From Burkholderiaceae bacterium (GTDB taxonomy: Bacteria; Pseudomonadota; Gammaproteobacteria; Burkholderiales; Burkholderiaceae_D), in NCBI GenBank assembly GCA_031291325.1, contig JARLJG010000034.1:3141-67140 (forward strand): 64,000 nt of DNA, written 5' to 3'. This document shows positions 1 through 8,879 of the stretch, piece by piece (position 1 is the first letter of the stretch; each line of letters begins with the position of its first letter). Under the pieces are notes generated by a model. That model did not search any database, was not told the DNA's origin, and was given only the letters and a program-made list of their open reading frames with translations. The translations under genes and the position numbers were made by a program.

Positions 1-438
1 GTGACCCGGCATGATGCCGATCTTGATTTCGTCAGGTGTAATCAGACCAGGGCAATTCGGTCCGAGCAACAATGTCTTGCTGCCGGCTTTGGCCATGCGG
101 TCTTTCAAGGCCATCATGTCGCGCACCGGGATGCCTTCGGTAATGCAGATCGCCAGGTCGAGGCCGGCTTCCACCGCTTCCCAAATGGCTGCTGCTGCAC
201 CGGCTGGCGGCACGTAGATGACGGAAACGGTGGCGCCGGTTTGCGCCTTCGCTTCAGCCACGTTGGCGAAAATCGGGATGCCTTCGAAGTCTTCCCCGGC
301 CTTCTTGGGGTTGACGCCGGCGACGAAGCAATTTTTGCCGTTCGCGTAATCGCGGCACATGCGGGTGTGAAATTGGCCGGTCTTGCCGGTAATGCCTTGC
401 GTAATAACTTTGGTGTCTTTATTGATCAGGATCGACAT
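1..438 (-). CDS. sucD: Succinate--CoA ligase subunit alpha (3' end runs off the window)
   Basis: Reverse complement of 1-438 reads MSILINKDTKVITQGITGKTGQFHTRMCRDYANGKN...KIGIMPGH. The ATG at 438 lies 18 nt downstream of the sucC stop. The frame is open to the window edge. Confidence 0.9.
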   Translation of the reverse strand, partial: MSILINKDTKVITQGITGKTGQFHTRMCRDYANGKNCFVAGVNPKKAGEDFEGIPIFANVAEAKAQTGATVSVIYVPPAGAAAAIWEAVEAGLDLAICITEGIPVRDMMALKDRMAKAGSKTLLLGPNCPGLITPDEIKIGIMPGH

Positions 439-455
439 TTTTGTTCCTTGAGCGA

Positions 456-1622
456 TTATTGTCCGTTAGCGGCCGCGACCACTTTGCGCGCGGCATCTTC
501 CATCGTGTCGGCCGCGATGATCGGCAAGCCGGATTCGGCCAGCATTTTCTTGCCCAAATCCTCGTTGGTGCCCTTCATGCGCACCACCAGCGGCACATTC
601 AGCGAAACCGCCTTGGAAGCGACAATCACGCCTTCGGCAATCACATCGCACTTCATGATGCCGCCGAAGATATTGACCAGGATCGCCTTCAAACCGGGGT
701 TCTTCAACATGATCTTGAACGCTTCGGTGACCTTTTCTGCCGTCGCGCCGCCGCCGACGTCGAGGAAGTTGGCAGGTTCGCCGCCGAACAACTTGATCGT
801 ATCCATCGTGGCCATCGCCAGACCGGCGCCGTTGACCAGGCAGCCGATATTGCCATCGAGCGAAATGTAGGCCAGATCGAATTTGGAAGCTTCGATTTCT
901 GCCGGATCTTCTTCATCCAGGTCGCGGTAAGCGACGATTTCCGGGTGGCGGAACAATGCATTGGCGTCGAAGTTGAATTTCGCATCCAGCGCGATGACCT
1001 TGCCGGAGCCGGTCAGGATCAAGGGATTGATTTCAGCCAGCGAGGCGTCGGTTTCCCAGTATGCCTTGTACAAGCCTTGCAGTTGCACGCGAGCGTCCGC
1101 GATCGAGGTGGCAGGAACGCCGATCTTGGCCGAAATCGCATCGGCTTCGGCATCCGTCAAGCCGACCGACGGGTCGATGGCGATCGAATGTATCAATTCC
1201 GGGTGGCTTGCCGCCACTTCCTCGATGTCCATCCCGCCTTCGGACGAGGCCATCAAGACCACGCGCTGGCTGACGCGATCGGTCACCATGCTGACGTACA
1301 ATTCCTTCTTGATGTCGGCGCCTTCTTCGATCAACAGGCGACGGACTTTTTGTCCTTGCGGGCTGGTTTGATGGGTCACCAATTGCATGCCCAGAATCGA
1401 TTGCGCGTATTCCCTGACTTGGTCGAGAGACTTGGCGACTTTCACGCCGCCGCCTTTGCCGCGACCGCCCGCGTGAATTTGGGCCTTGACCACCCACACC
1501 GGTCCACCCAGTGTTTCCGCTGCCTTGACCGCCTCGTCGACTGTCAAGCACGGGATTCCGCGCGGAACCGTGACTCCGAATTTGCGGAGGATTTCCTTGC
1601 CCTGATACTCATGGATTTTCAT
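456..1622 (-). CDS. sucC: Succinate--CoA ligase subunit beta (ATP-grasp)
   Basis: 388-aa [25 protein letters not shown]...; full-length sucC-like sequence, immediately followed by sucD. Confidence 0.97.
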   Translation of the reverse strand: MKIHEYQGKEILRKFGVTVPRGIPCLTVDEAVKAAETLGGPVWVVKAQIHAGGRGKGGGVKVAKSLDQVREYAQSILGMQLVTHQTSPQGQKVRRLLIEEGADIKKELYVSMVTDRVSQRVVLMASSEGGMDIEEVAASHPELIHSIAIDPSVGLTDAEADAISAKIGVPATSIADARVQLQGLYKAYWETDASLAEINPLILTGSGKVIALDAKFNFDANALFRHPEIVAYRDLDEEDPAEIEASKFDLAYISLDGNIGCLVNGAGLAMATMDTIKLFGGEPANFLDVGGGATAEKVTEAFKIMLKNPGLKAILVNIFGGIMKCDVIAEGVIVASKAVSLNVPLVVRMKGTNEDLGKKMLAESGLPIIAADTMEDAARKVVAAANGQ

Positions 1623-1680
1623 GCGAGCTTCCCTTCAAACGCTTATTGTCAAAAATTTATTGGAGAAACAACGTGGATCA

Positions 1681-2262
1681 CTAATTCGATTCAGATTTTA
1701 CCGCGTGCGCATCTATCCAACGTGGATAATATTTTGCGACTGCCGCTCCATCGGTACGCAGCGCATGGCAGCGATCGAGCTGAAACGGCTTTTCTTCTTT
1801 ACCAGCAACTGTTCTTCCTTGGTGCGGGTCGAATACGTCTCCCGCGAACGCCTGAAAAGCGGCCGTCGGCAGCGACAATGCAAGTTCTGTGATGTGCGTG
1901 CAACCTAGTATCTCACCAAGCCTGGCTTGCAGGGCCTTGCGAAATCCTTTGGCCAAATTGAGGCCGATTAATTTCAAATAGGACGGCCCAATTGTCTCGC
2001 AATATCCGGGGTAAGGCGTCATCTCGGATACCGCTTCGGCAGCAACGATATTGAACTGGGTATCGATCGTTATGCGCAGCAACATATCGTGCAACGGCAC
2101 GCCGGCAGGCAGTGTGCCGGAGGCGAGCTTGGTTTCGCGCGTCTTGACATCGGAAATGTGGGCGTCGAGATCCCATAGACCATCGTCGCGCACAAAGGCT
2201 TCGATCTCAATGGCACGGCGATGCTTCAACGCGCGGCGGGAAGTAGGTAACGAAAGGGGCAT
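1681..2262 (-). CDS. DUF2889 family protein
   Basis: The ORF track gives 1681-2394. I chose the internal ATG at 2262 (MPLSLPTSRRALKHRRAIEIEAFVRDDGLWDLDAHISD...CTHITELA) for a ~193-aa product typical of DUF2889. The sucC/recX neighbourhood is conserved in Burkholderiales. The start is uncertain. Confidence 0.6.
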   Translation of the reverse strand: MPLSLPTSRRALKHRRAIEIEAFVRDDGLWDLDAHISDVKTRETKLASGTLPAGVPLHDMLLRITIDTQFNIVAAEAVSEMTPYPGYCETIGPSYLKLIGLNLAKGFRKALQARLGEILGCTHITELALSLPTAAFQAFAGDVFDPHQGRTVAGKEEKPFQLDRCHALRTDGAAVAKYYPRWIDAHAVKSESN

Positions 2263-2497
2263 AGGAACCAATGCCAGTGATACAACGATTGGAAATGCCG
2301 CATTTGCGTGTTGTTGTCGCAGCTTCTGCGGCAACAGCCGCTCATGCGGCGCTGCAAAAACCGAAGGATTGTAGCACAGGTGCGCAGCGCTCACTTATCC
2401 GGGCTGCGGCCGGCATCGGGAATGACCTGTGCTCAAGCCCAATTCCGCTATGGCCGGGCCTATTCCAGTACCCTATTCCGTTGCCGATTCCTTTGCG

Positions 2498-2953
2498 CTA
2501 TTCGTCGCCCTGTTCCAAGTCCATGAGCGCGGCCCGGATAGTGCGGTGGGAAAACCCGCGTTGTTGCAAAAAACGCATATATTTCGCACGCATCGCCGCA
2601 TCGGCAGGCGGCGCGTCATACTTGCGGCGCAACACCGCACACGCACGCGCGCACTCGTCTTCGGTCAGATTGGATTTGATCTGCGACAGCGCCGCGCCTT
2701 CGATGCCGTGGCTTTGCAATTCCATCAAAATGCGGCTGTTGCCGAAGCGCGCAGAGCGCCGCCGCACCAGGGATTCGGAAAAGCGCTCTTCGGACAGCAA
2801 TTGCGCCGCCGCCAGTTGGTCCAACAAGGCGTCCACGTCTTCGCCCTCTTGCGCATGCGCGGACAGCTTGCGCCCCAGCTCCGCGCGGCTGTGTTCGCGC
2901 GCGGATAAATACCGAAGAGCCCGCGCCTTCAGGCTCATTTGCATCTTTGCCAT
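2498..2953 (-). CDS. recX: Recombination regulator RecX
   Basis: 151-aa ORF directly downstream of recA: ...[19 protein letters not shown]...[10 protein letters not shown]...[10 protein letters not shown], the three-repeat RecX pattern. Confidence 0.9.
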   Translation of the reverse strand: MAKMQMSLKARALRYLSAREHSRAELGRKLSAHAQEGEDVDALLDQLAAAQLLSEERFSESLVRRRSARFGNSRILMELQSHGIEGAALSQIKSNLTEDECARACAVLRRKYDAPPADAAMRAKYMRFLQQRGFSHRTIRAALMDLEQGDE

Positions 2954-3023
2954 GATTTCCTAAACGGCGCGGGATCGGCCCATCACGTGTTCAAACTGAA
3001 AATTTGAATAGGCGACAACAAAA

Positions 3024-4118
3024 TCAGGCGACTTCCTTGCTTTCCTTCGGTTCCTTGGCGGATTTTTTCGCCGCAACCGGTTCAGCAGTCGGAAGCGGCG
3101 CCAATTCCGGCACGCCGAGCGATACCCGCACCTTGTTCTCGATCTCGCGCGCCAATTCGGGACGCTCTTTCAGGTAATTGCGTGCATTGTCCTTGCCTTG
3201 CCCGATGCGCTCGCCGTTGTAGCTATACCAAGCGCCGGATTTTTCGACAATTTTCGCTTCCGCGCCAAGGTCGAGGATTTCGCCTTCGCGCGATGTGCCT
3301 TCGCCATACAAGATATCGAAATGCGCTTCCTTGAACGGCGGCGCAATCTTGTTCTTGACGACTTTGACCTTGGTTTCGTTGCCGATCACTTCCTCGCCCG
3401 ACTTGATCGATCCGGTGCGACGGATATCCAGGCGCACCGACGCGTAGAATTTCAACGCATTGCCGCCGGTCGTCGTCTCCGGGTTGCCGAACATCACACC
3501 GATCTTCATGCGGATCTGGTTGATGAAAATCACCAGTGTGTTGGTGCGATTGATCGAGCCAGTCAGTTTGCGCAGCGCCTGCGACATCAGCCGCGCCTGC
3601 AAGCCCGGCAAGGAGTCGCCCATGTCGCCTTCGATTTCCGCGCGCGGCGTCAATGCAGCAACCGAATCGACCACGATCAAGTCGACCGCGCCGGAACGCA
3701 CCAGCGCGTCGGTAATTTCCAACGCCTGCTCGCCGGTATCCGGTTGCGAAATCAGCAAGTCCGACAAATTGATGCCCAACTTTTGCGCATAGCCGACGTC
3801 GAGTGCATGTTCGGCATCGATAAACGCGCAGGTGCCGCCCAATTTCTGCATTTCAGCAATGGTTTGCAGGGTCAAGGTCGTCTTGCCCGACGATTCCGGC
3901 CCGTAAATTTCGACCACGCGGCCACGCGGCAAGCCGCCCACGCCCAATGCAATATCGAGTCCCAGCGAGCCGGTCGAGACGACTTGCACCTCTTCGACTA
4001 CCGCGCCGTCTTCCATGCGCATCACCGAACCCTTGCCGAATTGCTTCTCGATCTGCGCCAGCGCGGCAGCCAGTGCTTTGCTCTTGTCGGAGCTTGGTGC
4101 GTTTCTCTTGTCGTCCAT
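3024..4118 (-). CDS. recA: Recombinase RecA
   Basis: The ORF reads [35 protein letters not shown]... with Walker [10 protein letters not shown]. The track start at 4163 was trimmed to the ATG at 4118, which gives the canonical N-terminus. Confidence 0.97.
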   Translation of the reverse strand: MDDKRNAPSSDKSKALAAALAQIEKQFGKGSVMRMEDGAVVEEVQVVSTGSLGLDIALGVGGLPRGRVVEIYGPESSGKTTLTLQTIAEMQKLGGTCAFIDAEHALDVGYAQKLGINLSDLLISQPDTGEQALEITDALVRSGAVDLIVVDSVAALTPRAEIEGDMGDSLPGLQARLMSQALRKLTGSINRTNTLVIFINQIRMKIGVMFGNPETTTGGNALKFYASVRLDIRRTGSIKSGEEVIGNETKVKVVKNKIAPPFKEAHFDILYGEGTSREGEILDLGAEAKIVEKSGAWYSYNGERIGQGKDNARNYLKERPELAREIENKVRVSLGVPELAPLPTAEPVAAKKSAKEPKESKEVA

Positions 4119-4185
4119 GAGGATTCTTTCAACGGTTGGGTACAAAACAGCTTTGATACACAATTGGATTTAACTGCACAGCACA

Positions 4186-4205
4186 TACTGTATAAAAAAA
4201 CAGTG
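4186..4205 (-). promoter_or_regulatory. LexA SOS box (TACTGTATAAAAAAACAGTG) upstream of recA
   Basis: A perfect CTGT-N8-ACAG palindrome at 4188-4203, 70-85 nt upstream of the recA ATG. This is the beta/gammaproteobacterial LexA consensus. Confidence 0.8.
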
Positions 4206-4432
4206 CTTTATGCAAGCGATGGATGCATATTTGATCGATATTTTTATGGTTATCTATTTAATCATACAAAAGCAGCGACCCGCGATAGCTTTCAGTCAAA
4301 CGCAATTGGTATCAGCACGTCGCTCATTTGCAACTATAAGCAACTATTACCACAGCATTCATTGATTGTGCTTGCGAACATCGAACTTGCGATTTACGAT
4401 GACCATACTCGCCAATGCCCAAGGAGCGCACA

Positions 4433-7400
4433 ATGTCTTCTTTGCCGTCGTATTTTGCCAAAAAGAGCTTGGAGAAAATCCAGGCCAAGCTGCCGATAAA
4501 TCATCAAAAGTTGGCGCGGCAACTAGTCGATATGATCGAGCCAAGCGGGCAAATCGGCGCGGGTGCGCTGCGCGACGCGCTATTCCCGATGGCGACCGAC
4601 AAGAGCGGCAACGAAATGTTGCGGCGGCTGCTCAATAGCATCAATGAGGCGGCCAAGGCACTCGGCATGGATTTCAGTGCCGAAATCACGGCAGACAAAA
4701 AAGCCGGTGCCGACCGCATGGTGTGGTTTGAAGGCGTAGCTGAATTGGTCAATCGCCCCCATACCAGCGAATTGAATCGCATTCCCGAAGAAATGCGCGT
4801 TGTCAGCCAGCGCGGATTTTTGCTCGATAAAACGGTCGTGTTGATGACCTTCAACAAGCATGAAACCCAAGCGGTGTTCGATGTGTTTAGCGGCGGCAGC
4901 GTGCCACCATTTGAACGTCGCGGCAGCTACACGTATAACCGGCTGGGCGTGCATGGCGATCTTGAAGTCCTGCACGTGGTAAGCGCGCAAGGAAACCTGG
5001 AATCGCTAGCCACTGCCCAGGCAGCAGTCGATGCATGGCACCCGTGCGCGATTATCCCGGTGGGGGTCGCTTTCGGTATCGACTCCAAGAGCCAAAGCCT
5101 GGGCGATGTGCTGGCGGCGGAATACTTGCGCGACTACGAAATGGTTCGAGTCAATGCAGACGACACCGTAACCCCGAGAGGAAACCGTCCGCGCGCCAGC
5201 GACCTGCTAATAAACGAGATTCGGCACCTGGATCATCGCCATCAGCAAAAAGTCGACTGGCCTAAAATTCACTTGGGTACCGTCTTGTGCGGCAATAAGC
5301 TGGTGGATAACCGACCGTTCCGCGACGATTTGCTAAAAATCGAACCGGAAGCGATCGGCGGCGAGATGGAAGGAATCGGCGTCGAATCCGTCGCCCGCCG
5401 CGAAAAAATCGACTGGATTCTGGTCAAGGGCATCTGCGATTGGGCCGATGGCGGTAAAACGACCGACACCAAGGCGCGCGATCAGCAAACCGCTGCACAT
5501 AATGCGGCGCAGGTGGTCAAGGCGCTATTGGCGGAACCGTCGCTGTTTCCGCCTGACAAACCGCATTTTTCCGATCCGGTTCCGGCGCAGCCTGCCTCCC
5601 AGTCTGCTTTGTCCAATACGCCGCCCAGTGTGCGCCGCATGGGGATGCGCGACTGCGACAAGCTTTCATCGCACTTGTTTGTCCCGGATGCGCCCGGCGC
5701 GTCGACGCGGCTTAGTGACAGCAAAGAGCCGTCCGCCGAATCCAAAAAAATGGAAAATGCCGCCAGCGTGCCGGTGCTGACCCATCTGAAAGAATGGATC
5801 GCCGATCCCGCTGCGCCGCCGCTGTTTGCGCTTTTAGCCGAATACGGCATGGGAAAAACCATCACTAGCCAGCAACTGGCGCTGAAACTCGACGAAGCGC
5901 ACAAGCACGAACCGTCGCAGCCGATTCCGCTTTACTTCGACTTGCGCCATCTGACCCAACTCGACAAACGCGTGCCGACGTTGAGCGAGACATTGAAAGA
6001 ATGCATGGCGCGCGGCTGGCAAGACGACGGCAGCAACGCCGATTACTCGATGGAAGACGTGCATCGCTGGATAGCGCAAAAGGCGGTGGTGATTTTCGAT
6101 GGCTTGGATGAAGTGCTGGTGAAGCTGACCGAGAGGGACGGCATCACGTTTACCAATAATCTGTTGAAACTGATGTTCGATGCCGGGCAGCTCGCCAAAA
6201 CCGCAGGCAGGCCGCTGCAAGTGAAGGTCCTGCTGACTTGCCGCACCCAGTATTTTCCGACGCTGCAAGCGCAAAACAATTATTTCACCCAAAGCGAGCG
6301 CGGCGAATTTGCGCCGGAAAAATACCGCGCAATGGTCTTGCTGCCCTGGGGAGAAGAGCAAGTCGAACGCTATCTGGGAAGCGCGCTGCCGGAGATGGAC
6401 ATTGCCGCCGTGTTGGACATGGTCAAGGCCGTGCATAACCTGGAAGAATTGACGCATCGCCCCTATACGCTCAGGCTGATTTCCGAATTCATCCCCGAAA
6501 TCGAGCGCGACCGCGCCGCAGGGCGAGCCGTCTACGGCGTCACGCTGTACCGCAACATGGCCAATAAATGGCTGGCGCGCGACACCGGCAAGCATGTTAT
6601 CCGGTCGTATCACAAACTGAAGCTGGCATCGCATTTGGCCGCCCACATTTGGCAAACCAAGCGCAGCGCGTTAAGCGTCGAAGACTTGAACAACTGGTTT
6701 CATCAATGGCGCGACAGCGAGCCGGAATTACAGAAGCTTTACGCAGACGTGAATTCCGAACAACTGGAAGAAGATTTGCGCACCGCTACCTTCCTTTGCC
6801 GGGTCGACGATGCGGATGGCAGCGCATTCCGCTTCTCTCACACGTCGCTGCTGGAATTTTTTCTGGCGAGTTACCTGTTTCAGGCGATGCAAGATAATCG
6901 ACCTGAACGCTGGGCCATGCGGGTGCCCAGCAGTGAAACCCTGGATTTCCTTGGACAAATGCTCGCCGAAGCGAATAGGCCTGCACTATTGCAAACGCTG
7001 CAAGCGTGGCGTAAAAATTACCGGGCGCAGGCTAGCGAACTGTTGCTGGCTTATGCGCTGCAAGCGTTGAAAGACGGCTGGCCTGCGCCGATCTTGCATG
7101 GCATCGACTTGAGCGGCGCAAACTTGCGCGGCTGGGAAATGCTAGGGAGCGCCGACGCCCCGCTGGAACTGGGGCCGGCCAATTTCACTGGCGCCGATCT
7201 GCGCGACGCGCTTTTTACGCATGTCCGACTTGCGGGGGCGTGCTTCGATACCGCGCGGATGGACTCCGCCAACTTGCTCGATTGCGATGCAAGGCAAGCC
7301 AGTTTCGACGGCGCGGAGTTGACTGCATGTATTTTCCGCAAGTGCAAGCTGGATGGCAGCAGGTGGAATAATGCGCGTGGTTACCGGACGCAATGGCTGT

Positions 7401-8692
7401 TATGCGATCCCGCCCAGGAAACCTGGGCTGATGGCCCGGTTCAACAGGCTGGCTTGTTGCATGCGTTGCTTCCCCGCCTTGGGGAGAACTTTAAAACATC
7501 GAAAAACCTGGCTTGGCTGAATGGTCATCAGGACATTGTGACGTCGTGCGCGTGGTCACCGGACGGCCGCATGCTGGCGTCGACCGGTGTTGACGGCACG
7601 GTCAGTCTGTGGGACGGCGCGAGCGGCGAAGCGTTGCGCACGCTCTCCGGTCATGAGGCCTCGGTAACGTCGTGCGCTTGGTCGCCGGACGGCCACATGC
7701 TGGCGTCGGCCGGAAGTGACGGCACGGTCAGGCTGTGGGACGGCGCGAGCGGCGAAGCGTTGCGCACGCTCTCCGGTCATCAGGACTGGGTAACGTCGTG
7801 CGCGTGGTCGCCGGACGGCCGCATGCTGGCGTCGTCCGGGAGTGACGGCACGGTCAGGCTGTGGGACGGCGCGAGCGGCGAAGCATTGCGCACGCTCTCC
7901 TGTCATGGGAACTCGGTAATGTCGTGCGCGTGGTCGCCGGACGGCCGCATGCTGGCGTCGTCCGCGCATGACGGCACGGTCAGGCTGTGGGACGGCGCGA
8001 GTGGTGAAGCTTTGCGCACGCTCTCCGGTCATGGGGCCTGGGTAACGTCGTGCGCGTGGTCGCCGGACAGCCTCATGCTGGCGTCGACCGCGCATGACGG
8101 CACGGTCAGGCTGCGGGACGGCGCGAGCGGCAAAGCATTGCGCACGCTCTCCGGTCATCAGGCCTCGGTAAGGTCGTGCGCGTGGTCGCCGGACGGCCGC
8201 ATGCTGGCGTCGTCCGGGGATGACGGCAGGGTCAGGCTGTGGGACGGCGCGAGCGGCGAAGCATTGCGCACACTCTCCGGTCATGAGGGCCCGGTAAGGT
8301 CGTGCGCGTGGTCGCCGGACGGCCGCATGCTGGCGTCGACTGGGCATGACGGCAGGGTCAGGCTGTGGGACGGCGCGAGCGGCGAAGCGTTGCGCACGCT
8401 CTCCGGTCATGAGGACTGGGTAACGTCGTGCGCGTGGTCGCCAGACGGTCGTATGCTGGCGTCGACCGGGGATGACGGCACGCTCAGGCTTTGGGACAGC
8501 GCAAGCGGCGAAGCGTTGCGCATTTGCGCGCTTTGTCAAAGTCGAACCGGCGATTTGGCTGGCTACGCAGTCTGGACTCCGCAAAACAACAAGATCGTGG
8601 AATTGTCCGGCGATGCCTGGCGCTATCTAGCGTGGCAGGGAATAGATGCAGATGGCCGCATCACGCGCCTGCCGCTGGAGATTTTCAGCTAG
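4433..8692 (+). CDS. STAND/NLR-like protein: unknown N-terminal region, MTAN/PNP-type nucleosidase-like domain, NACHT-type P-loop NTPase, pentapeptide repeats and 8x WD40. Candidate antiphage NLR.
   Basis: One uninterrupted frame, with RBS AAGGAG (4421-4426) 6 nt before the ATG at 4433. The track start at 4415 is in the same frame. Motifs:
- GGEMEG (5357-5374) and VKGICDWAD (5423-5449), resembling the MTA/SAH nucleosidase catalytic motifs.
- Walker A AEYGMGKT (5837-5860) and Walker B VVIFDGLDE (6086-6112).
- Pentapeptide-like run DLSGANLRG...ANFTGADLRDALFTHVRLAGACFDTARMDSANLLDCDARQASFDGAELTACIFRKCKLDGSRW (7097-7366).
- Eight 42-aa WD40 units (7523-8530). Confidence 0.85.
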   Translation: MSSLPSYFAKKSLEKIQAKLPINHQKLARQLVDMIEPSGQIGAGALRDALFPMATDKSGNEMLRRLLNSINEAAKALGMDFSAEITADKKAGADRMVWFEGVAELVNRPHTSELNRIPEEMRVVSQRGFLLDKTVVLMTFNKHETQAVFDVFSGGSVPPFERRGSYTYNRLGVHGDLEVLHVVSAQGNLESLATAQAAVDAWHPCAIIPVGVAFGIDSKSQSLGDVLAAEYLRDYEMVRVNADDTVTPRGNRPRASDLLINEIRHLDHRHQQKVDWPKIHLGTVLCGNKLVDNRPFRDDLLKIEPEAIGGEMEGIGVESVARREKIDWILVKGICDWADGGKTTDTKARDQQTAAHNAAQVVKALLAEPSLFPPDKPHFSDPVPAQPASQSALSNTPPSVRRMGMRDCDKLSSHLFVPDAPGASTRLSDSKEPSAESKKMENAASVPVLTHLKEWIADPAAPPLFALLAEYGMGKTITSQQLALKLDEAHKHEPSQPIPLYFDLRHLTQLDKRVPTLSETLKECMARGWQDDGSNADYSMEDVHRWIAQKAVVIFDGLDEVLVKLTERDGITFTNNLLKLMFDAGQLAKTAGRPLQVKVLLTCRTQYFPTLQAQNNYFTQSERGEFAPEKYRAMVLLPWGEEQVERYLGSALPEMDIAAVLDMVKAVHNLEELTHRPYTLRLISEFIPEIERDRAAGRAVYGVTLYRNMANKWLARDTGKHVIRSYHKLKLASHLAAHIWQTKRSALSVEDLNNWFHQWRDSEPELQKLYADVNSEQLEEDLRTATFLCRVDDADGSAFRFSHTSLLEFFLASYLFQAMQDNRPERWAMRVPSSETLDFLGQMLAEANRPALLQTLQAWRKNYRAQASELLLAYALQALKDGWPAPILHGIDLSGANLRGWEMLGSADAPLELGPANFTGADLRDALFTHVRLAGACFDTARMDSANLLDCDARQASFDGAELTACIFRKCKLDGSRWNNARGYRTQWLLCDPAQETWADGPVQQAGLLHALLPRLGENFKTSKNLAWLNGHQDIVTSCAWSPDGRMLASTGVDGTVSLWDGASGEALRTLSGHEASVTSCAWSPDGHMLASAGSDGTVRLWDGASGEALRTLSGHQDWVTSCAWSPDGRMLASSGSDGTVRLWDGASGEALRTLSCHGNSVMSCAWSPDGRMLASSAHDGTVRLWDGASGEALRTLSGHGAWVTSCAWSPDSLMLASTAHDGTVRLRDGASGKALRTLSGHQASVRSCAWSPDGRMLASSGDDGRVRLWDGASGEALRTLSGHEGPVRSCAWSPDGRMLASTGHDGRVRLWDGASGEALRTLSGHEDWVTSCAWSPDGRMLASTGDDGTLRLWDSASGEALRICALCQSRTGDLAGYAVWTPQNNKIVELSGDAWRYLAWQGIDADGRITRLPLEIFS
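7523..8530 (+). repeat. Eight tandem, in-frame 126-bp repeats encoding near-identical WD40 blades
   Basis: Units start at 7523, 7649, 7775, 7901, 8027, 8153, 8279 and 8405. Each encodes GHxxxVxSCAWSPDGRMLASxxxDGTVRLWDGASGEALRTLS. Units 2 and 3 differ at 8 of 126 nt by manual alignment. Confidence 0.95.
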
Positions 8693-8801
8693 ATTTTGGG
8701 TGAAATACGTCAAAATATTGCTAAAAAGCGCGATGCAAATAGCATGCGCCTTCCATGTTGTAAGCTAAGTCAAAGTCTCGCAGAGTAAAATGAACCTCAT
8801 T

Positions 8802-8851
8802 GCGCCGCAACAACCAGTCATTCCAAGCGAATGACTGGTTGCGTTGCTGCG
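8802..8851 (+). terminator. Strong hairpin downstream of the NLR gene (possible terminator or operator)
   Basis: Perfect 12-bp stem caaccagtcatt (8811-8822) / aatgactggttg (8830-8841) with a 7-nt loop. Flanking bases extend the pairing. There is no clear U-tract, so the function is uncertain. Confidence 0.35.
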
Positions 8852-8879
8852 CCAATACCTTGATTTCAATAGATATCCC

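Noticed and set aside
441-1892. 483-aa plus-strand ORF overlapping sucC, and similar long antisense ORFs opposite dnaJ/dnaK (38735-40063, 40089-42137), leuS (55028-57700), the kinase (9545-11110) and the ABC genes (21426-22619, 23395-25401)
   Set aside because: The composition is typical of high-GC antisense frames (rich in R/A/G/H/Q, no recognisable motifs). The opposite strand encodes unmistakable conserved proteins in each case.
2271-2963. 230-aa plus-strand ORF spanning the DUF2889-recX region
   Set aside because: It lies antisense to recX and has low-complexity, Ala/Arg/Ser-rich composition, whereas recX on the minus strand is clearly recognisable.
7523-8530. Regularly spaced repeats that could be mistaken for a CRISPR array
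   Set aside because: The units are contiguous with no spacers, 126 bp long and exact multiples of 3. They translate in-frame into WD40 repeats inside a long CDS, and no cas genes are present.
7556-8584. 342-aa minus-strand ORF, and other long ORFs, running antisense through the WD40 repeat array
   Set aside because: The product is an Arg/Ala/Pro-rich periodic sequence generated by the 126-bp repeat itself. The sense frame encodes canonical WD40 blades continuous with the upstream NACHT frame, so the antisense ORF is a shadow.
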